Source of the DNA: Verrucomicrobiia bacterium
GTDB lineage: Bacteria; Verrucomicrobiota; Verrucomicrobiia; Limisphaerales; JADLHS01
Assembly (NCBI GenBank): GCA_036274115.1
Contig: DASUGI010000208.1
Location: 3,468-67,467, forward strand
Reading direction: 5' to 3'
Length of the DNA: 64,000 nucleotides
The notes beneath the pieces are model-generated. The model was not told the origin of the DNA. It was given only the letters and a program-made list of their open reading frames with translations, and ran no database searches. A program made the position numbers and the translations under genes. Each line of letters starts with the position of its first letter. The first letter of the stretch is position 1. Of the stretch, positions 57,402-64,000 are shown one piece after another.

Positions 57402-58967
57402 TTACTGCAACGTTACCAGCACCAACACCATCCCCTTGCCCTCTTTTAGACCGGTCATGGCTTTGCCGAGGATGGCGCCTTGAGCCCTGCCGTGGTCAAC
57501 AACCTTCATAGCGTGACCGGGCGTTTCCGAAGTCGTCAGCAAATCGCCGGGCTTGATGTCGCCGTATTCGGCGTCGGCCTGCACATAGGCGCGTCCACTC
57601 AAGGCCACGTTCTCACCGCCTTCGATGGCCCCTTCCTGATGCAAACTGATTCCCGGCCGAATGCCGTTGGCGCCGCTGACAATGCCGGCTACCCGCTTAT
57701 CGTAGGCCTGCCCGCTGAGCTTGAGATGCCCAGGGTTAAGTTCATCGATCACTACCACCGACCCTTTGGGGATCTCGGGCGAACTCATCTTAAACGGTTC
57801 GGCAATGTCTGCCCCGCCGGTGATCGTGAGCACGGAAGTTCGCGTCGTCCCGATGACGTCCAGTTTGGCTTGGGGAATACTGGTCCCGATGCCAACGTTG
57901 CCGTTGAAGCGAATGGTCATATGGCTTTCCGTGGCCTGATTGCAGGGGAACGTGTTGCACTCAGGACGGTACAAGAAGGCCAGGTCGCCATCCACAACCT
58001 GCAAGTAGCGATTCGCCTTCCGAATCAGCCCAAACCCGTTCAGGTCGGACATGGTGATGAATGGTTGAAAGCCCGCAATGCGCAGCGCGTCCTGGGCGGC
58101 GATGTCGAGCTTGCTGGCGGGCGAGGTCGTACCGATACCCACGTTTCCAGTTGATCCTATGGCTAAACGATAGTCACCGACCGTATCGTCGAAGATCCCG
58201 AAGCCACCTGCTCCGACACCAGTGAAGCTGCCTCCGGAGAGCAACGAGTATCTGCGCCCGCCGGCAGCAGTGTTCTCGAGAGTCATGCCGGTGCCACTGG
58301 CGGTCCCACCCGTCAGCTTGAGACCGTTGTTGTAGCTACTAACTCCACCGATGGTCAGCCGCTCGTTCGGCACGCTGGTGCCAATCCCGACGTTGCCACC
58401 GTTGTAATAGGTGTTTGTGCCGTTCAAACTCCACACCGCGCCGGCGGGGCCGGACGAGGAAAGCGTCAACGTGTTGCCATTCGTGGCGAGTGTCATGTTC
58501 GCTCCCACTGCCAACGTGACGTTGTCGCGGAGATTGTTGAGACTCTTGACTGCCGCACCACTGACGACATTGGAAGCGTTGCCGGCGTGAATGGCATACG
58601 GCGTCGCAGTCAGCGCCTGTCGTGGTGTCAGCAAGGCAAAGCTGCCGCCGCCGTTCGTGCGCACTTCAATCTGGAGCCAACGCGCCGGTCCGGTGAACAC
58701 TCCCGCACCAAAATCCAGGCCCGTAACGAAAAGACCGTTGCTGACATTGACGCTGGCGTTCGTCAGCGGACCGCCGGCGATGCTTCCGCCGTCCGCGGCG
58801 TCGTAAACGGTGAATCTTAAGTCATGAAGGCCGGAGACCGGAGACCCATTCAGGTCCAACCTGCCTTGGTAAGTGAATGCGGTGGTCTGGGCCTGGAGAG
58901 GGACGGCAATAACCAATAGCAACAGTGCAAGTGCCGAGGAGCTTCGAGTGGAGGTTTTCATGGTCAC
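57402..58967 (-). CDS. secreted tail-fibre-like repeat protein
   Basis: Signal peptide. FTYQGRLDLNGSPVSGLHDLRFTVYDA opening. Repeated GNVGIGT(S/T) units. C-terminal globular domain ...GDLLTTSETPGHAMKV... Confidence 0.6.
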   Translation of the reverse strand: MTMKTSTRSSSALALLLLVIAVPLQAQTTAFTYQGRLDLNGSPVSGLHDLRFTVYDAADGGSIAGGPLTNASVNVSNGLFVTGLDFGAGVFTGPARWLQIEVRTNGGGSFALLTPRQALTATPYAIHAGNASNVVSGAAVKSLNNLRDNVTLAVGANMTLATNGNTLTLSSSGPAGAVWSLNGTNTYYNGGNVGIGTSVPNERLTIGGVSSYNNGLKLTGGTASGTGMTLENTAAGGRRYSLLSGGSFTGVGAGGFGIFDDTVGDYRLAIGSTGNVGIGTTSPASKLDIAAQDALRIAGFQPFITMSDLNGFGLIRKANRYLQVVDGDLAFLYRPECNTFPCNQATESHMTIRFNGNVGIGTSIPQAKLDVIGTTRTSVLTITGGADIAEPFKMSSPEIPKGSVVVIDELNPGHLKLSGQAYDKRVAGIVSGANGIRPGISLHQEGAIEGGENVALSGRAYVQADAEYGDIKPGDLLTTSETPGHAMKVVDHGRAQGAILGKAMTGLKEGKGMVLVLVTLQ

Positions 58968-59014
58968 AATGGGTTTTCACAGGAGTGATGCGACACCCAC
59001 GGAGGAATTCCCTC

Positions 59015-59068
59015 AAAAAAGTTAAAGGCTGGTTGCCAAACTGATTTCCGCTGTTCCGGCAACCAGCC
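59015..59068 (-). terminator. probable rho-independent terminator after the kinase gene
   Basis: An 11-bp perfect inverted repeat ggctggttgcc / ggcaaccagcc with a 20-nt loop. On the minus strand it is followed by ctttaacttttttg. Confidence 0.5.
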
Positions 59069-62000
59069 TAGCGCCATTCTCCCGAGAGGACCGTAACCTT
59101 GAGTGGCCGACTGACAGAAGAGGCACCGGTTTCTTTCCGTGGCGGAAACTCCGGCCAATCCCAATCCAACCCCATTGCCTTCAATCGCGCCCGAATCGCC
59201 CGCAAGTCCCAGACATGAACCGCCGCCGCGTAGGTGGACACAACGACAAGTTGCGTGCCGTCAGGCGAGAACGCCATCGCATCGGACCGATCGCGGAAGG
59301 GATCTTCCAGCTGCGCCACCGTGCGGCCGGTCGAAACCTCCTTGAGGTGGAGGATGGCTGGCGACATTTGCATGGCCATCAGTTTGCCATCGGGAGAAAA
59401 AGCCACGTCGCCGGGGTCCTGCCCAATCTCCCGGCGAAATCGCCGGCTGCTTTCGAGCGTCGCAACTTTCAAGAAATGAAACTCGCTCTCCCGTGCCACA
59501 ATCAATTCCTGGCTGTCTGGTGTGAACGCCACTTTCGTATGCAGGCCGACGACCCAATCCCGCACGGCTTCATTGCGCTCCAGGTTCCACAGTTGCATCC
59601 GGTCCGTATGCCATCCGCTCGTCGCCAGCCATTTCGCATCCGGACTGATCGCGATATAACAGAGCATCGGAATTTGAAACGGCAGGAGGCCTGGTGATTG
59701 CGCCTCCGTTTTCCACACCTGTACCTGGCCGGGCGTTTCGCTGACGACGGCCCGTGTGCGAAACGCGCGATCCGCAGCAAGGCGACGCGGCGTGAAGGGC
59801 AGTTCGAACTGTTGGGGCGGCCCGATTTCCAATCCTGCGTTTCGGGTGGAGGGACGGATTTGCCATCCTTGCAGTCCGTTGCTCCTTGAGCAGGTCCACA
59901 ACATTCTTCCATCGGGCTCAAACGCAACCGTCATGATTTCGGTCGCCGGCAGGTGCGCGACCTCCCGGCGCGCCGGCAAATCCCACAATTGAACTCCGTC
60001 ATCCCGTGCCACCGCCAGCAGCCGATCATCCGGGCTGACCGCACAAGCATAGTGTTCCACGCGTCCCGCCGCCGCATTCCCATGCAACGTGAAGTACTCC
60101 TCGGTGGCGACAAACTCGAGCAGTTGAACGTGTTCTTCGTCCGGCCAGAATAACCCAACCCAGCGTCCATCATGGCTGAACTCAAAATTTCCCCGCAGCG
60201 GGATCAGCATCATCAACCGTCCCGTCGCCGTACACCACAAGCGAACGACATCATCCCACGACCAGGAGACCAGCCACCGGCCGGATGGATGATAGGTCAG
60301 AAAATCCACCTCCGGCGCGGCGCCTTCCAACAACGTCACCCGCTGCTGCGTTTCCACATCCCAAATCTGAATTCCCCCGGCGGTACCGCCCACGGCCAGA
60401 TGTCGGCCATCGGGATGCCAGGCAACGACCGTGTGAAAACTTTTTCCGACTTCCAACCGGGCAGTCTCCTGTCCGGTGCTGGCGTCGAACACTGAAACCC
60501 AGGGTCCTGCTTTGTAGCCAACCGCAATCCGGGAACTCACCGGATGAAATTGCAGCGTCTGGATCCGGTCGGCTGTGTCGAAGTGATTCGATTCGCGGCC
60601 GGTTGCCAGATCGAAACAGAACACATCCTTCACGCCGGCAAGAGCAACGAACCTCCGATCCGCACTGAACGTCGGCGCGCTCCCTCCATTCGGCGGATTC
60701 TCGAGAATCGATTGGCCGCCATCCATCGACCAAACAACCGGGGGCTGCCAATCGCCGACCTTCACCAGGAATCTCCCGTCGGGACTGAAGTCCAGGGCGG
60801 TATACACATTTACATCGACGGGACCGGTTTCGAAGCGGTGAACCTCCCGATTGTCCGCAAGGGTGCGAACTGTCACCACTCCTTCACTATCCAGTTGCGC
60901 GTATTTTTGACCGGCCGCATCGCAGGCCAGCGCGACGCAGTTGGTGCGTTGCGCGGACCATTTCGGGCCGAGCCGCACATCCGGCAATGCCAGCGCTGCA
61001 ATGGCTTCATCCCGCAGGCTGGGCTCAGTCCGAATCTGTTTGGCTTGTTCGATGGCGGCCAGGCTCTCGAGGCGTTGCCCCATCTGGGCACTGTGCCGGA
61101 GCGTGCGCGCCTGGCTGCGCAACGCAACGAACAATTGTTCCTTCGCTTCACGCTCGCTGACTTGCGCTGCCGCCCACGCCGCGTTCTTTTCGGCCGTCTC
61201 GCGCCGGATGCGGACGTAACTGGCAACAAGGATCATCAATGCCGTCAACAGCGCCAGGGCAACCGCGCCGCCGGCGGCAAAGGTGAGCCGGTTGCGTCGC
61301 ACCAGCTTCTGCAGGCGATACAGATTGCTGGGTGAGCGCGCTGTAACGGGTTCGTTGTTGAGGTGCCGTTCGATGTCGCGGGCCAGACCATTGGCCGTCT
61401 CGTAGCGGCGGCCGCGATCTTTCTCCAGACACTTCAACACAATCCAATCGAGATCGCCGCGAACCAGATGAATCAGCTTCGGCGGTTCGGTCTGCTGCCG
61501 CCGCGCCGTTGTCTGTAGTTCAGCCTGGAGCAGTGTGCTTAATCGTGTGGAAGGCCGAACCGGTTCCTTCTCACGAATCGTCCGACGCATTTCATCCAGG
61601 CCTGCCGCAAGTAATTCCTTCTGATCAAACGGCGTCCGGCCGGTGAGCAGTTCGTAAAGCAACACGCCGAGCGCGTAAATGTCCGTGCGCGTATCGATGT
61701 CCAGCCCGCTCAGTTGAGCCTGCTCGGGACTCATGTAAGCCGGCGTGCCCATGAACTGCTCGAACGCGGTGAAAACGGTTTTGTCCGTGAGCTGCTGGCC
61801 ATTGGTGGCTTTGGCGATGCCGAAATCAATCACCTTGGGGACAGCCACACTGTCGTGCTGCGCGACGAGGACGTTCGAAGGTTTGAGGTCGCGGTGAATC
61901 ACGCCCTTCTGGTGCGCGTGCTGAACGGCGTGGCAGACCTGGATGAACAAGGCGAGACGCTCGGCGGTGGTCAGGCCGTTCTGATCGCAGTAATCCGTGA

Positions 62001-62490
62001 TCTTGATTCCGCGAACCAGTTCCATCACGAAGAACGGACGGCCCGTCTGCGTCGCGCCAGCATCGAGCACCTTGGCAATATTCGGATGGTCCATCATTGC
62101 CAGCGCCTGACGCTCGGCTTCGAACCGCGCGACCACCTGCTTGGTGTCCATGCCGAGCTTGATGATCTTTAGCGCCACGCGCCGGCGCACCGGTTCTTCC
62201 TGCTCCGCCATGTAAACGATGCCGCAACCACCTTCACCGATGCTTTGAAGCAGCTTGTAATGACCAATCTTGTCGCCGGGGTTTTCGGTGCTCGCGCCCC
62301 GCGTTGGGGGTTGGGGATGTTTTAGAAAGTCACCCGCTTGTTCATCCGCCTCCAACAATGAGAGCACCTGCTCTCTCAACTCCCGGTCCTCACCGCACGC
62401 TTGAGCCAGGAATTGCTCCCGGTCCGCCGCGCCCGCGATGGCTTTCGCGGCGTGGAAGACTTCGATGAGTCGCTCGGTACTGGCTTTCAT
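59068..62490 (-). CDS. Ser/Thr protein kinase with one TM helix and C-terminal WD40 beta-propeller(s)
   Basis: Kinase subdomains GEGGCGIVYMA, VALKIIK, HRDLKPSNVL, DFGIAK, GTPAYMSPE. TM helix AAGGAVALALLTALMILVASYV. Many WD-like blades (FSPDGR..., W..). Confidence 0.9.
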   Translation of the reverse strand: MKASTERLIEVFHAAKAIAGAADREQFLAQACGEDRELREQVLSLLEADEQAGDFLKHPQPPTRGASTENPGDKIGHYKLLQSIGEGGCGIVYMAEQEEPVRRRVALKIIKLGMDTKQVVARFEAERQALAMMDHPNIAKVLDAGATQTGRPFFVMELVRGIKITDYCDQNGLTTAERLALFIQVCHAVQHAHQKGVIHRDLKPSNVLVAQHDSVAVPKVIDFGIAKATNGQQLTDKTVFTAFEQFMGTPAYMSPEQAQLSGLDIDTRTDIYALGVLLYELLTGRTPFDQKELLAAGLDEMRRTIREKEPVRPSTRLSTLLQAELQTTARRQQTEPPKLIHLVRGDLDWIVLKCLEKDRGRRYETANGLARDIERHLNNEPVTARSPSNLYRLQKLVRRNRLTFAAGGAVALALLTALMILVASYVRIRRETAEKNAAWAAAQVSEREAKEQLFVALRSQARTLRHSAQMGQRLESLAAIEQAKQIRTEPSLRDEAIAALALPDVRLGPKWSAQRTNCVALACDAAGQKYAQLDSEGVVTVRTLADNREVHRFETGPVDVNVYTALDFSPDGRFLVKVGDWQPPVVWSMDGGQSILENPPNGGSAPTFSADRRFVALAGVKDVFCFDLATGRESNHFDTADRIQTLQFHPVSSRIAVGYKAGPWVSVFDASTGQETARLEVGKSFHTVVAWHPDGRHLAVGGTAGGIQIWDVETQQRVTLLEGAAPEVDFLTYHPSGRWLVSWSWDDVVRLWCTATGRLMMLIPLRGNFEFSHDGRWVGLFWPDEEHVQLLEFVATEEYFTLHGNAAAGRVEHYACAVSPDDRLLAVARDDGVQLWDLPARREVAHLPATEIMTVAFEPDGRMLWTCSRSNGLQGWQIRPSTRNAGLEIGPPQQFELPFTPRRLAADRAFRTRAVVSETPGQVQVWKTEAQSPGLLPFQIPMLCYIAISPDAKWLATSGWHTDRMQLWNLERNEAVRDWVVGLHTKVAFTPDSQELIVARESEFHFLKVATLESSRRFRREIGQDPGDVAFSPDGKLMAMQMSPAILHLKEVSTGRTVAQLEDPFRDRSDAMAFSPDGTQLVVVSTYAAAVHVWDLRAIRARLKAMGLDWDWPEFPPRKETGASSVSRPLKVTVLSGEWR

Positions 62491-62567
62491 CCGTAAGGCC
62501 GTGTTGCTCTGACCAGTTTATGCGCCGTGGCCGCCTGAATTCCCTCAGCGTTGCTCGAGAAAGGAAT

Positions 62568-63128
62568 TCAGATGGACTTCCTTATTTCACGAAAAAGCCA
62601 TGCCCGGGCAAACGACCAAAGCCGCTCCGCCGTGGCGCGCGACACGCCCAATTCCTTCGCCGCTTCTTCCTGAGTCATCCCGACAAAAAAGCAAAGCTTC
62701 ACCACATGGGCCGCGCGCTCATCCACCTTGGCCAATCGATCCAGAGCCTCATCCAACGCAATCAATTCATCATCCGGCATCGGTAACGGCACATCGATGT
62801 CTTCAATCCCCACGCGCTGGAATTCGCCCCCATGCTTCAACCGCCTTTTGCGCCGCGCCGACTCGACAAGAATTCGTCGCATGGCCTCAGCGGCTGCCGC
62901 AAAGAAGTGCGTTCGACCATCCCACTCCTGCGGCACACTTGATCCAACCAATCGCAAATACGCCTCATGCACCAAAGCCGTGGGTTGAAGCGTGTGGCCT
63001 GACACTTCATTGGCCATGCGATAGGCAGCCAGTCTGCGGAGTTCGTTGTAAACCACCGGTAGCAACGCATCAGTCGCTTGGGCATCACCCCGCGCAACTG
63101 CGTTCAAGATTTGGGTGACATCACTCAT
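62568..63128 (-). CDS. ECF-type sigma factor of the kinase-associated (Planctomycete/Verrucomicrobial) type
   Basis: MSDVTQILNAVARGDAQATDALLPVVYNELRRLAAYRM...TLQPTALVHEAYLRL. Region 4 FFVGMTQEEAAKELGVSRATAERLW. ATG at 63128. Confidence 0.85.
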   Translation of the reverse strand: MSDVTQILNAVARGDAQATDALLPVVYNELRRLAAYRMANEVSGHTLQPTALVHEAYLRLVGSSVPQEWDGRTHFFAAAAEAMRRILVESARRKRRLKHGGEFQRVGIEDIDVPLPMPDDELIALDEALDRLAKVDERAAHVVKLCFFVGMTQEEAAKELGVSRATAERLWSFARAWLFREIRKSI

Positions 63129-63225
63129 CGTGGCTGGTTTGGTGCTACAGATACGCCTGCGCGTGAGAAAACCCAAGCCGAAGTTTGCGCCTTCGTAGAA
63201 CTATACGCACCCAGCCGCGCTCGCG

Positions 63226-64000
63226 TTACTGGTAGAAGAGCCGATAAAACCGGCTACCGTTCGGCGGATTCACCAGGAAAGTCTTGTTCGTACCGTCATC
63301 GGACGGAGCACTGGTGGTAGTCCAGTTGGTGCCCGCGAGGTTCGTGTTTTGCCGCAACTGAAAACCGCTCGAGGGTGAGGGCCATGAAACCGCCACGGTG
63401 TTGGTGGCGGTGCGTCGAATGTCCAGGCGCGGCGCAGTCACGTATTTCACAGTGGCGTATTCACTATGTTGGCCGCGACGCGATTGCCCAGCCACCACCA
63501 CCGAGCCGGTGCCGACCACGGCCAGGCTTCGGGAGGTCGAGGGATAATCTTCCCCGTTGCCTGGTCCATTGTAGTGGTTGGTCCACAGCGGCGCTCCGGT
63601 GCTCGAATAAGCGATCGTTGCAAAGTCGCCGGAGACTGCGGATGAGTAGGAATATCCCGTCACAAACACCGTGTCATCGCCGTCCACCGCCACGGCGTAT
63701 GCGTCATCGTAATCGTTTCCCGGACCGTTGTAACGGTTCGTCCATAACGCCACACCCGCACTCGAATACTTGATGGTGACGTAATCGTAACCCGTTGCCT
63801 CGCTGGAAACCCCGCCGGTCACAATCACGTTATCGCTTTTGTCCACCGCCACTGACCAGGCCTGGTCATAACCATTAGCGGGGCCGTTGTAACGATTCGT
63901 CCATAGCGCCACACCCACACTCGAATACTTGATCGTCAGGAAGTCGTAATCAGCGGCGTCCCCATGCGAACTCCCCGTTACGATCACATTATCGCTATGG
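63226..64000 (-). CDS. SBBP beta-propeller-repeat secreted protein; 5' end outside the window
   Basis: Repeats D(Y/F)xTIKYSSxGxxLWTNRYNGPxNxxD.A.AVAVD..D.V.VTG. The frame is open to position 64000 (..HSDNVIVTG..). C-terminal VSWPSPSSGFQLRQNTN...NPPNGSRFYRLFYQ. Confidence 0.7.
   Translation of the reverse strand, partial: HSDNVIVTGSSHGDAADYDFLTIKYSSVGVALWTNRYNGPANGYDQAWSVAVDKSDNVIVTGGVSSEATGYDYVTIKYSSAGVALWTNRYNGPGNDYDDAYAVAVDGDDTVFVTGYSYSSAVSGDFATIAYSSTGAPLWTNHYNGPGNGEDYPSTSRSLAVVGTGSVVVAGQSRRGQHSEYATVKYVTAPRLDIRRTATNTVAVSWPSPSSGFQLRQNTNLAGTNWTTTSAPSDDGTNKTFLVNPPNGSRFYRLFYQ

Overview
GC-rich bacterial chromosomal window. Gene content points to the PVC superphylum, most likely Verrucomicrobiota. 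This is an inference from TAT-signal Gfo/Idh/MocA oxidoreductases paired with xylose-isomerase-like TIM proteins, an ECF sigma plus Ser/Thr-kinase-WD40 pair, and giant secreted RCC1/FN3/SBBP proteins. I support about 60 protein-coding genes. Housekeeping and proteostasis genes include lon, dnaK, groES-groEL, three Hsp20 genes, pyrE, pyrF, lepB, a photolyase, a pilT-like ATPase and a Ycf46-like AAA ATPase. Many secreted enzymes are present (GH13, PQQ sugar dehydrogenase, S8 and M6-like peptidases). Six secreted proteins end in the same ~60 aa module terminating in an RFYRL-like motif. The clearly accessory part is a visibly AT-richer island at about 12.9-18.4 kb. It holds a DUF433 / PIN-like toxin-antitoxin pair with a frameshifted toxin, a 5'-truncated metallophosphoesterase, and an intact type II restriction-modification pair. 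It also holds wrecks of a DpnI-like methyl-dependent nuclease and of an ATPase. The best candidate for an undescribed system is an uncharacterised two-gene module at 14383-15916: a membrane-tethered protein of unknown fold plus a PD-(D/E)xK, DUF6602-like protein. Non-coding structure includes GTAG-headed REP-like hairpins, one of them a perfect REPIN-type doublet filling a divergent promoter region. There is also a 540-bp hairpin-packed intergenic region with tandem structured units showing compensatory changes, a heptamer tandem repeat, and a GGTAAACC motif array. No rRNA, tRNA, CRISPR array, integrase or transposase was found. All family names come from motif recognition by eye; no database search was run. 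ORF-track starts use ATG/GTG/TTG and are often over-extended, so I give trimmed starts where the sequence supports them.
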